Of a stretch of DNA of 64,000 nucleotides, positions 10,701-23,300 are shown in pieces. The notes below the pieces were generated by a model, which saw only the letters and a program-made list of their open reading frames with translations, was not told the origin of the DNA and did no database searches. The stretch lies in the NCBI GenBank assembly GCA_976226885.1, contig OZ320315.1, positions 36,766,001 to 36,830,000 on the forward strand. Reading direction: 5' to 3'. The position numbers were made by a program, and so were the translations under genes. Numbering within the stretch: position 1 is the first letter of the stretch; each line of letters begins with the position of its first letter. This DNA is from Iphione sp. A-MEVVRFRX5. Taxonomy: Eukaryota.

Positions 10701-13700
10701 TCTAACTGTAGTCATCTTGCATTTTCCCTTTTACCTCGTAATCCATCAAGTGGACACCCAGCGATCATGGTGAAAAGGTGCAAATGGGGTACGTGCCCAC
10801 AGGATAACCGTTAGCCACATCGCATGAAAGGCGGGATAAAATTTATTCCGTTCCCAAAACCCGAGACTCCGCTATGAAATTTTAATTTAAAATTGTATTT
10901 CAGACATATAGCCTTACCTAAGTCCATTATGCTCTGTAGGCGACCTCACAGCACGAATGTCAGAAATGCCAGTTTACATAATGTCATATACATTTGCCCT
11001 ACCTAAGTCCCTTATGCTCTGTAGGCGACCTCACAGCACAAATGTTAGAAATGCCAGTTTACATAATGTCATATACATTCGCCCTACCTAAGTCCATTAT
11101 GCTCTGTAGGCGACCTCACCACACAAATGTTACAAATGCCATTTTACATGATGTCATGTACATTCGCCCTACCTAAGTCCATTATGCTCTGTAGGCGACC
11201 TCACAGCACAAATGTTAGAAATGCCTGTTTACATGATGTCATGTACATTCGCCCTACCTAAGTCCATTATGCTCTGTAGGCGACCTCACAGCACAAATGT
11301 TAGAAATGCCAGTTTACATGATGTCATGTACATTCGCCCTACCTAAGTCCATTATGCTCTGTAGGCGACCTCACAGCACAAATGTTACAAATGCCAGTTT
11401 ACATGATGTCATCTACATTCGCCCTACCTAAGTCCCTTATGCTCTGTAGGCGACCTCACAGCACAAATGTTAGAAATGCCAGTTTACATAATGTCATATA
11501 CATTCGCCCTACCTAAGTCCATTATGCTCTGTAGGCGACCTCACCGCACAAATGTTACAAATGCCATTTTACATGATGTCATGTACATTCGCCCTACCTA
11601 AGTCCATTATGCTCTGTAGGCGACCTCACAGCACAAATGTTAGAAATGCCAGTTTACATGATGTCATGTACATTCGCCCTACCTAAGTCCATTATGCTCT
11701 GTAGGCGACCTCACCGCACAAATGTTAGAAATGCCAGTTTACATGATGTCATGTACATTCGCCCTACCTAAGTCCATTATGCTCTGTAGGCGACCTCACA
11801 GCACAAATGTTACAAATGCCAGTTTACATGATGTCATGTACATATACCGTATGCCCATATATATTTGTCATTTTTGAAATGGGTCTTGGCTATTTAAGGA
11901 ATTGACTGTTTGAGGCAGAAGGAACAAAATTTATGATAATGTAAATATAAGAAATGAAATGAATGCATTTGCCCACATGACACAAACATATCAATTTAAA
12001 TGAAATATACCAACACCACACCGGAATACACACTCAAATTATATTGTGATTAAATCAAGCAGTACTTGTGATAACAAAGGAAGAAATAGTGCAATTTATT
12101 ATTTATCCTTTGAACGCAAAGTATAATCTTGAAAATTAACTAGTGTGCAGCAAACAATCCAAATTTGGTCTAAAATTGTAACCAAGGAGTTGTCTAAACC
12201 ACGGGACAAAATTTTGAAATTTTTGATACGCGCTATTGCTCGCTCAACATGGATCGGGGGCGTGCAATGCGCTGCATTAACAGAACATCGCACTCCGCCA
12301 TCTGTCCATGGGAAGGAGCAAATGGCGGTAGGTTTAGTTTCAAACCAAGACTCTCAATTTCCGGTGAAATTGTGAACCCCTTATCTGCCATCAAACCGTC
12401 GCCAGGAAGAATATACTTCAAATTTAGGAGTCTTTGGATCAAATCATAAAACTTACATTCTTTTGTAAGCTTTTTGTCCGAAATAGAACCTGAATATAAA
12501 GCGGAAGCAAAAATAATGCATCCTCTGGGGTCACATGCAACAAGTGCTTTCAGAGTATTTGCTGATTTATAATCCCAATAACACTGGCTCTGTACCAACA
12601 ATGAACTGGGCTTTTGAATTTTCATTTCCGTGCCATCTAAAATTGCCAGTGTATTCGGGAATTCTTTCCTATATTCTGCAGGCATTTGCTTGATAATTTG
12701 TTCACGGTGTGGCCATTGAATTGTGCATCCTAACCTTATAAACATATAATGAATCATGTCCCAGAATAATTCACCTGCATCTTGTGGAGAAAGTCCAAAA
12801 CGAAAGGCCAAATCTTTGAAATGTAAACCTTTTCTGAGTCTTGATAAGACTAAAAATAATTTATCTTTGGCTGCCATTGCTTGCACAGCAGTTAATCTCC
12901 TGGTGGCATTATACACATGTTCAGTGGTGTTGGTTGGAAATAAATAATTAAAAAGGAACATAAATTGGTAATAACTGAACCCAGTGTAATATTTAAGTAA
13001 ATCAGGAATTTTACTATTAAGAACAGAATCAAAAGAATGAACCACAGTTTTCTGCCTCAACAGTTTTACCTCCGCAGTTAACTTCTTATTCTCATCTTGA
13101 GAGTCTAAAAGATCTCTCACTAGCTCCTCCTTAACTGTTGTAGTCTTGATGAGCTCTCGCTGCATTTTGTTCTTCACTGCCTTAAGCATTTCGTATTCCC
13201 CTGGGTTTATCCCTGTAAAATGAAATGAAGCATCCATTTTTTTTAATTTCTAAATTTAGTTTAGTTGATGAGACAGTAGTAAGGCAGTTGGATGTGAAAT
13301 TCTGTGTATGGTTAATTGGGAGTGGATATTTTTGAATGGAACATATGGTAGAAGACCCTGGGTAGATTAAGTGGGTAACAGGGTAGATCTACATATGGAT
13401 GGTGGTAGATTCAGTGGGTATTAGGGTAGGTGTTCATACAGTGGATGGTAGGGTGGCTGTAGTGTAAAAAGAAATGTAGTGTGTCTTCCAAAGTAGGTGC
13501 ATGTTTCATGTTCGTATTGGGGATAGAACTTTTGAAAAGAAAATCATATTACATACAATTAGGCATATATATATATTTCTCTTTTAATAGGACCATATCA
13601 TCAAGGAGAGTCAACTCCCTATCGTACGTCACGCCACCTGTGAAGGCACCATCTTCCCTAAGGTCTCACCGGTGGCTTTGCCTGAGGTTGATGCTACAGT

Positions 13701-14358
13701 ATGGGAAGGGCTGGGTTTAACTCAGACCCAGGCCATACAAGTTGAGAAGGAGACCGTGCAGCAGACTGCATCTAAGAGGTGGTGGGAATTGAGAAAGAAT
13801 CGCATAACTGCATCGAAATTTGGGCTAATCATGCGGTGGAAGGCTAAGCCTACCGAAGCCTTCATCAAGTCGATAGTTCATGAGAGGCACTTCACCTCCG
13901 AGGCTACTACCTACGGTCGGCAAAATGAGGATAAGGCGAAATCTGCTTATCTGGAAAAGTTCCCTGGACACCATCTACATTCCATTGGCCTGGTAATCAA
14001 CCCGATGTGCCCTTTCCTTGCCGCGACACCTGATGCCAAGGTGTGTAGGGAGGATGGGTGCTCCATAATGGAGGTGAAGTGCCCCTTCTCTGCACGGGAT
14101 TGCACCATCAAAGAGGCCATGTCGTTAAAGGACTTCTGCTTAGAGTCTGTTGGAGGAGTGCCACACTTGAAAGAAAACCACCAATACTGGTTCCAGGTGC
14201 AAGGGCAGCTTATGGTGACTGGTGCCAGGCGCTGCATCTTTGTTGTGTATACTAAGAAGGACATACACGTGGAGGAGATTGAAGTTGACAGCGTAGCGTG
14301 CCAGGAGATGTTTGGAGTGCTATATAATTTCTATGTGAAGTACATGGCACAGGATTGA
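7745..14358 (+). CDS. SWIM zinc finger + YqaJ/lambda-exonuclease-like PD-(D/E)XK nuclease, 482 aa, apparently intact
   Basis: Exons 7745-8049, 9324-9557, 9828-9969, 13591-14358 have GT-AG ends, match in phase (2,2,0) and total 1449 nt. The SWIM motif CSCVAGRAGNCSH spans the first junction and is followed by CTSRPQQWGKP. Nuclease motifs RITASKFG, YGRQNE, FLAATPDA, MEVKCPF and YWFQVQGQL lie in exon 4. Confidence 0.88.
8501..8931. repeat. Tandem duplication, ~240-bp unit x2, in intron 1 of the SWIM-YqaJ gene
   Basis: The block tttgttgtcacgtag...ttaacattatcatta occurs at ~8501 and ~8738, nearly identical. Confidence 0.85.
10366..10875 (+). pseudogene. Truncated inverted copy of the THAP-transposase upstream region and first-exon start, internally triplicated (~110-bp unit x3)
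   Basis: Aligns by eye with the reverse complement of ~28250-28530. Each unit carries ATGGTGAAAAGGTGCAAATGGGGTACGTGCC (MVKRCKWGTC). The last unit continues into a HRMKGGIKFIPFPKP-like sequence and then breaks off. Confidence 0.8.
10911..11843. repeat. Minisatellite, 85-bp unit x ~11
   Basis: Unit gccctacctaagtccattatgctctgtaggcgacctcacagcacaaatgttagaaatgccagtttacatgatgtcatgtacattc recurs every 85 bp with few substitutions. Confidence 0.95.
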
Positions 14359-17300
14359 GATGGTAGCTGATGAGCAGGATTAAGAAAAAAAAAATAAAAC
14401 TTACATGTCTCAATTGTTGTGGATGCTTGATCCTTTGTTTCAACAGCAGGCTTAATGTTATGTAATCTGTGAAGTATAGAAGGAAGCATTTTGAGTACAT
14501 TTTTACATAAAGCATTTCTTTCAGTCACCACATGAAATCATTTAAGGAATCTAATTTTCAAATCATCAATTTAAATGTTAGTGTGTTAGATATATTAGTA
14601 AATTATTAATGCATACTACACCGGTAACAGGTTGAGATACAGAAAATTGAACTCAAAGTTCAACCAGGTGTTGATCCTCTGAAAACATGCAAAGCAAAAA
14701 TATGTACCTTCAAGTATTCACCATATGCTCATTTTAAGAACTTAAACATTATGTAAATCATATCCAGATGCATGATTAAAAAAAACAGCTGTAAACTTTC
14801 ATTATATGTGACCAAATTTAATAACTTAAGTGAATCTTGTCATTACTTCCTTTATATTGATGCAATGAAATCTATCCACCAGTCAGGTGTCTACATGAGT
14901 TACATTAATATCGCATGAATCAAGGAGAATGTAATTATACCTGTCAGTGAACAGACATTATGCTAAACCATGAGCATCTGACACAATATTTAATATTGCC
15001 TGACAACATGGATGTGCAATTTTTCATAACTGAACAGGGCAAGTGACTTATAACACAAAGATTATCCCACGACTTAGAAAACCCTGTCTACCGAGTCAGC
15101 GTTTGTAATTTTGTTTCATGTTGACATAAGTTTTTAATGGACGTAGACATCACATTTTTACCTCATTTTAAGAATGACATAAGTCATAAGATTTTAGGGC
15201 ATGTGAATTCCGACTCATTATACAACTGGTAATATNNNNNNNNNNNNNNNNNNNNNNNNNNNNNNNNNNNNNNNNNNNNNNNNNNNNNNNNNNNNNNNNN
15301 NNNNNNNNNNNNNNNNNNNNNNNNNNNNNNNNNNNNNNNNNNNNNNNNNNNNNNNNNNNNNNNNNNNNNNNNNNNNNNNNNNNNNNNNNNNNNNNNNNNN
15401 NNNNNNNNNNNNNNNNNNNNNNNNNNNNNNNNNNNNNNNNNNNNNNNNTCTGAAGTGTGTATAAAGAAGGACACAGTGAAGGAAGGAGGGAGGGCAGGAA
15501 GGAGGGAGGGAGGAGACAGAGACAGAAGGATAGACCATGAGAAATACCATGGATCACTTACCCCCCAGAGCTGAAGCCTGAATGTGCTGCCAAAAAGTAG
15601 CCCAACAGCTGACAACCCACAATCGCTGTCAGTGTCGATCGCATTTGTTTACAAAATGAACTATCACGTAAACGGGAATTTCGACTACAGTTACAAGTAG
15701 AAGTATACATGATCTACACAACAATGAATGCAAGAAATTATAATCATGATTGATATGAAGCATTTCCAGCATGATGTATACAAAAAAAGGCAAGACGACT
15801 CGAAGAAAATTCACCCGTGCGATCCATTTGTCAGACCCGCGTAGAAAGATTGTACGGTCAAGAAGTGAGTATATGCATTATACCAAATCATGAATTATTG
15901 TTCACATTTATCATGTTGAAAGGGTGTAATATTAGAATGCTATCACAATACATGCATCATGTCGAACTAAACTCATCTGAGTGACCCATAAGCTATGACA
16001 CAGAAGTGTTCCAGTTTCTATGTCAAAGGTCCCGCAGGGGGTCATAACAAGATGGCGGATAGCCTCTGCTTTTCGCGCTTCGAATTGTACTATCAATTTC
16101 ACTCAAATTTAACAGTTTACTTATCATTCGCACATACTTTCAACATGATAAATACACAATCCATATAAATCATGTATATGGTAGCAATCAAACATATTCT
16201 AATGTCCTTCTCGAAAATATTCGATTGTATGTAGTGGAACGGCCGAAATAATTTATTTAGGTCAAGCCATCGACTGGGCTACACCACTAACTTATTGTCA
16301 GAGAATGTTCATCATGTACAATAAAATAAATAGTTCTCCAAATTGTCAGTCTCCGCCAATTTTATACATGAGGAATACATATCGCTTTCTATCATGCTGA
16401 TTCAGTCCTCTAAAGTACGATTTTCAGTGCTATGTACATTCATACTTTGATGTCCGCTGGAACCGGTTAACTCAATAAATAGGTCGAATCACTGAATAGC
16501 TTGAGCCCGCGCTGCAGTACATAAACATACTGCATCCTCGTAGGTCATGTAGACACATAGAAACGTACAACGTAAAACTATCAAAGCTACACGAGTCAAG
16601 TAGATTAAAAAAATGTTTGATGAATTTTTAGTATACTCCTATGCCGGGATACTGTCAAAATAGTTGAGTTCAACAATTTCTGTATATAGGTGCAACTGTA
16701 GGTGCAAGTATGTGCAAAGGTTTATGAATCCACATGATTTTACATGTAAGTTTAGTTTTGTGTATGTGCTTACATTTATGCACATCTGTGTGCTCTCCCT
16801 TAATCCCTCTCTCTCTCTATCTTCTCCATTCAACAGAATTGTTTTTCTTCTTTTAGCCGCAACTGCCTATCATGCCCATATGTATCTATGTAACTCAACA
16901 TTCATATATTTTTACCATAGGTCAACATGCCTCCCAAAAAGTTTCTCAGCATTAGGGAAAAAAAAGCTGCACATAGTGCAGACCAGCAGCGGTATATAAA
17001 AAAAGTAATGGAGAGAGACCCGGGCTTCCGCGAAAAAGAACGCCAAAGAAGCAAGTTACACTATGAGAGAAACAGAGAAGCCATCTTAGCGAAAAGAAAA
17101 GAAAAACGGGACAGATTGGTACGAGAGGCACGTGCTGTGCCTATTGTAATTGAGGACAGTGGTAAGTATTAGAAAAGTAACTGTTTGTCAGTTCAATTAA
17201 GTGATATTACTAGATTCAAATGGTAATTTTCAGTAGTCCTACAAGCCTAAAATATATTTTATTGAATGCTGTTATGTCATTATTATGCTACAACTGTCTT

Positions 17301-20300
17301 CATTGGAAACCACAATATATAGGGCCTATTTTCCATGCCTTTTCTTCCTGATTAATGAGCCATAAATGTAATTCTAAAGATGATTTCAAATTGTCATATA
17401 TAGAAAGGTATTCATCTTTGGAACATGTATATGGAAAATATTGACTAATAACAGTAACTTTTTATCCCATCACTAGACTCAGACGAAGACCTAAGGCTGG
17501 CAGAGTTCATTGCCTTTGGGCAAGTACGCGCAGGTGAGTATCTTGGACATTGGGTTAAGTATCAGGATGATTAGGGTGCTCATTTAGCATTTGGTGACAC
17601 AAGCAAATTTCTATATTTTATTGTTCTACCGTACATGCAAGGCAGACTGGTAAGAAGATTGCTTTCATCAAGTATGAAGGGGCCACTAAGAGCAACAATA
17701 TCAATTTCATACAACTAGTTATATACACAGAAGTTAATGTGTATTTGAATAATCTGCTTGAAAAAAATAACTAATCCTAGCTAGAGAATGCAGGTTTTGC
17801 AAATAAAAATTAACCTGATCACAGCAGTTAAAAACAAAGAAAATGAAAACATGTAAGAGGCAAGGGCTAAGGTCAAGATTATGACAAGACTTGTATAATT
17901 TTCAAGCTATCACAGCCGGCAGACTGATTTGTCAAGTAAAACTATATTGAAAATTAAGTTACAGTCACTAAAATTTGACAATTGGATTACATGCTTGATA
18001 GTAAACTTGATGTTGTAAAGTTTACTGTGATATTGATTTTCATTGAAATATTCTATTTTCACAGAGCAACATCTACAACAAAATGACCTACCCAACATAG
18101 AGCCTCAAGAATTGCCTGCTTTACAAGATCACCAAAGACAGGACCGGCCAAATCCCCAAAAGAAGAAAGAAACAGCTCGGCTCAAAGACCTGTCTGCCAG
18201 AAGACCGGTGCAAGGCAGGACCGAGAATAGTGCCCAAGACAAACCAATCGATTTCACACAGGATGAAAGATTGTAAGTATATAAATTTAATACAGGTATA
18301 TAAAATGATAAGAGTGGGGAGATAGGTCAGTGTTAGTGCACTAGTCCACTGACTGATAGGTCACATTTTCATTGCCAGGCCTGGGACTCTTCATCAAGAT
18401 GAGAGAGATTTACCGTATTCCCAAACCATATTGGTCAATAAATCTTAGGAAGGCTGAGAGTGTCTAGGATTCTGTTAACTATGCACTAAAACATCTCAGA
18501 AGACTTATTCATAAAGAGTAGGAGGCAATCCTGTGTATTCTTGCCTCTCATTTCTCAACAGTACATTGGAAGTATGGTTTCATTCTGTCCAAAGGGCTTG
18601 ACATTGGGTTGGTGTCCCCAAACGTGCATAGACAATTTATAGTATCACTAAATTGTACAGTGAATGCACATTAATGTAAGGAAGTTAGAGTGTAAACCGA
18701 TGCAAAGGAGCAAAAGCCAGGTTAGCCCATTTCTATCAAGATGCATGAATATTTATCAAATGTAAAGGTAAATGTAGAACAAACAAAATATAAATATTGC
18801 AGTAGAATGTCAGCATATTTAATAGATTGTGTTCTTGTACTGAGAAGACGAATGAGTCTGCTACATTATAGTTTAGTGCAAATATGGTGAGAGGTAAATA
18901 ATTACATAATATTATTACTCATCTTGTTCTTTCTTTCAGGGTTGTCCAGGATGCAATATCACAGTTTTTCTGAAGGAGGGACAACGTAAAGAGCATGACA
19001 GAAGACATAATTTATTATAAAGTGTGTTTTATATTGTTAAAATGACTATTTATTCCAGTTGTACATATTTGTAATATAGACATAACATTTATTTAAATCA
19101 TGGGTAAGGATAGGGAATCAGCTTAAGTGGGGGGGGGGGAAATTGTACATTTTGTCATTTAGGGAATAGTAATTGACATATTCATTTACTCCAGTTGTAC
19201 ATATTTGTAATATAGACATAACATTTATTTAAATCATGGGTAAGGATAGAGAACCAGCTTAAGTGGGGGGGGGGAATTTGTACATTTTTGTCATTTAGGA
19301 AATAGTCATTGGCATATTCATTTACTCCAGTTGAAGATATTTTTATATACATTAAGTTTATGTCAATCAGGGTATGGATAGGAAACATGATTAACTAGGG
19401 AAGGGGAATAGGACTTTTATAGTAACTCTTGTATAACCAAGAAAAGGGAGATGCACCTTCGTGGATCATTTAACCTGTATGCAAGTAATTAAAGTTTGTT
19501 AAATGCAATGTATTGTTTGTTATTTTTCTGTAATACAGTATTAATTTACATGATAAAAGACATCAAGAAGTAAATGAAAGTAAAGTCTGGCTAGTTACTT
19601 TCTACTTCATTTCAATGTTAATAGGCAATAAATATGAACTCATAAGAAAAAGAAGGAAATACTTCCTAAGAATATATATAACACTTACCTTACATTTCTA
19701 TGTCTACTTGTTACTTTTCCATCCGATACATGGTAATCCATAATATATCTCAGGTCTATATGTATCCAACTGGAAATGAATATAAAAGGAAATATCAGAA
19801 AATTGCACAACTGTTGAGCAAAGAAGATATTCATATCTAATAAGAGAGAAAAATAGGCAACAGTGGGGAGAAGAGGACACCATAAGAAGATAGGAACTCT
19901 TGTCGATTTTAGCTTTTTTTATTGACTATGCAGGAAAAGGAGTCAGGGATAGAGGGAGGGACCGAGAAAGATAAAGAGAGAAGGAGGGAGACAGAGGAAT
20001 AGGGAGAGAAAGGCAGAGACAGGCAGCAAGAGATAGTGGGAGAGACAGAAGAGAAAGAGTGATGGAGAGAGAGGGAGAGGATGGGAGAGGGTGAGAGAGA
20101 GGGAAAGAGGGTGAGAGGGAGNNNNNNNNNNNNNNNNNNNNNNNNNNNNNNNNNNNNNNNNNNNNNNNNNNNNNNNNNNNNNNNNNNNNNNNNNNNNNNN
20201 NNNNNNNNNNNNNNNNNNNNNNNNNNNNNNNNNNNNNNNNNNNNNNNNNNNNNNNNNNNNNNNNNNNNNNNNNNNNNNNNNNNNNNNNNNNNNNNNNNNN

Positions 20301-23300
20301 NNNNNNNNNNNNNNNNNNNNNNNNNNNNNNNNNNNNNNNNNNNNNNNNNNNNNNNNNNNNNNNNNNNNNNNNNNNNNNNNNNNNNNNNNNNNNNNNNNNN
20401 NNNNNNNNNNNNNNNNNNNNNNNNNNNNNNNNNNNNNNNNNNNNNNNNNNNNNNNNNNNNNNNNNNNNNNNNNNNNNNNNNNNNNNNNNNNNNNNNNNNN
20501 NGAGGAAGGGAGGAAGAGAGGGTGAGAGGGAGGGAGGTAGAGAGGTGAGAGGGAGGGAGGGAGGGAGAGAGAAATGGAGAGACAGAGGGAGAGCGAGGGA
20601 GTGAGAGAGGGAGGGAGAGAGAGGGAGTGAGAGGAAGGGAGGGAGAGAGAAAGGGAGAGAGGGAATGAAAGAGGGAGAGAGAGAGGGAGTGAGAGGAAGG
20701 GAGGAAGAGAGGGTGAGAGGGAGNNNNNNNNNNNNNNNNNNNNNNNNNNNNNNNNNNNNNNNNNNNNNNNNNNNNNNNNNNNNNNNNNNNNNNNNNNNNN
20801 NNNNNNNNNNNNNNNNNNNNNNNNNNNNNNNNNNNNNNNNNNNNNNNNNNNNNNNNNNNNNNNNNNNNNNNNNNNNNNAAAGAGAGAGGGAGTGAAAGAG
20901 GGTGAGAGTGAGAGAGGGTGAGAGGGAGGGATGGATACCAGTCTAGCTGTCGACATCAAGTACCTACTGTTAAATCATACCCTTTTTTAAATAAAAAAAA
21001 AACATACTCATGGCTGACGATCTATCGGCATTCGTTGTCATACACCACATTCAAAATAGGTACATGTTGCTGCACTGCTTTTTTTTGCTGCAGAACTACT
21101 TCCTGTTCCTCCTTCCCTCCAAACTGACAAGTAAGTGCTTCACAGTGTCTGCATAAAGATATGAAATCTGTGCATATGATCTCACTATGGCAAGTACAGG
21201 CAAGGTATATGATGAAGACACATTTAATCTACCACTTGTCATGTTGATCCGCAATATGCGCTACTACATGCTTCAGTAGTAGAGTTCGAAGTCTACCACT
21301 TGTCATGTTGATCCGCAATATGCGCTACTACATGCTTCAGTAGTAGAGTTTGAAGTCTACCACTTGTCATGTTGATCCGCAATATGCGCTACTACATGCT
21401 TCAGTAGACGTACGTTTAACCTTTCTGCACAAAGTCGAATATGTCATATTCACAACAATGATTCGCATCTTTTCAACATTAAACATGAGGTACATTTAAC
21501 CTTTCTGCGCAAAGTCGAATATGTCATATTCACAACAATGATTCGCATCTTTTCAACATTAAACATGACGTACGTTTAACCTTTCTGCGCAAAGTCGAAT
21601 ATGTCATATTCTCAACAATGACTCGCATCTTTTCAACATTAAACATGACATACGTTTAACCTTTCTGCACAAAGTCGAACATGACATATCCAAAACAATG
21701 ATTCGCATCTTTTCAACATTAAACATGACGTACGTTTAACCTTTCTGCACAAAGTCGAACATGACATATCCAAAACAATGATTCGCATCTTTTCAACATT
21801 AAACATGACGTACATTTAACCTTTCTGCACAAAGTCGAACATGACATATCCAAAACAATGATTCGCATCTTTTCAACATAGAACATGACGTACGTTTAAC
21901 CTTTCTGCACAAAGTCGAACATGACATATCCAAAACAATGATTCGCATCTTTTCAACATAGAACATGACGTACGTTTAACCTTTCTGCACAAAGTCGAAC
22001 ATGACATATCCAAAACAATGATTCGCATCTTTTCAACATTAAACATGACGTATGTTTAACCTTTCTGCACAAAGTCGAATAAGTCATATTCTCAACAATG
22101 ATTTGCATCTTTTCAACATAGAACATGACGTACGTTTAATCTTTCTGCGCAAAGTCAAACATGACATATCATAAACAATGATTTGCATCTTTTCAACAAA
22201 GAATGTAATGTACAATTAACCTTTTCAGCTGGTAAACCGCAGTCATAATAGATTCGAAAATAATAATCAAAATATATAGCCTGGAATACTGTTCACATGT
22301 ATTGCAAAAAGGTGTGCTAAATGTTTGAACATTTAATTCACAGATATTGCACGAGGTCATCACACAAAGAAAAAAAAAATCCAGCATGGACAGACCAGTA
22401 AGTGGGTTGGATGTATAGAGCATGTAACAACTGTTTCAAATTATTATGCTATGATGCAATTCATACTAGTATACATTAATGAAATATTCACCAATTTTTA
22501 TCACAAATGCAGGGAGAATGAAAGGTAAAAAAAAAAGGCTATGCAATGCTGTGGTAGGCGTACTGACCTGAAGTTTTATTCATTTCTTTTTCAGCTGATG
22601 GCACTGCACCTGGGAGTAATGACAAGTGAGTAATCATTAAAATTGCCTGCTTACCATTTATCACATTTAGGCAACATCTGTAATATACGAAACGAATGTT
22701 CAGACCGAATGCAAGAAGATGTAAAATCAGCCAGGGATAATTGACTACAATCACTACTTCTTTCTTTTTGAAGCATTTATCTACAGGTGTAGGGCCTGTT
22801 CCTGGGTTCATCCCTTGTCCCAGTTCTATATGGGTGGGATCCTTCTGTTGGCACGCCACACCTACAGGACATATGTGGTAAGGCTCTCAAATGTAAGCTA
22901 CCTAAAAAAACTACACTGCTTACGTTACCATGGAACAGTATTACAGTGGGAACTTCCATTGCACTTAGGATATGTGCAGATACAAAAACATGCATTCTTC
23001 AGAAAAACCGAATGAGTTGTATAAAAAAAAAGAAAAGCTAACATATAATAACAATAACCTATGCTTTCTTTTTGCAGGGTCCCGTGTATCCAAGATGCCT
23101 TCACGTAAGTTAGCTATTAAACAACTAAAATGTAACATCTTATGGAAAGAGCTATTTATATCACTCAAGAAAAAAAATTTACTCAATGTAAGACTTATAA
23201 TCGTGACATCTATTCTTCCGCAGTGCCAGATGGAATGGGCAATAATACTGTCCGGTGGTCAGTAACATAGAAAGCATAACATGTTTAAAGATCATGTTCA

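Noticed and set aside
13591-14358. YqaJ exon as phage contamination or recent horizontal transfer from bacteria
   Set aside because: It is the last exon of a spliced SWIM-fused gene and pairs with a Harbinger-type transposase, the known ISL2EU arrangement.
12099-14358. A simple inversion as the cause of the interleaved DDE/YqaJ order
   Set aside because: Inverting a tail-to-tail pair would flip both exons relative to their upstream exons. Here each exon is on the same strand as, and in phase with, its own upstream exons.
10911-22197. 85-bp and 80-bp periodic arrays as CRISPR arrays
   Set aside because: The units are identical along their whole length with no unique spacers, there are no cas genes, and the context is eukaryotic and intron-containing.
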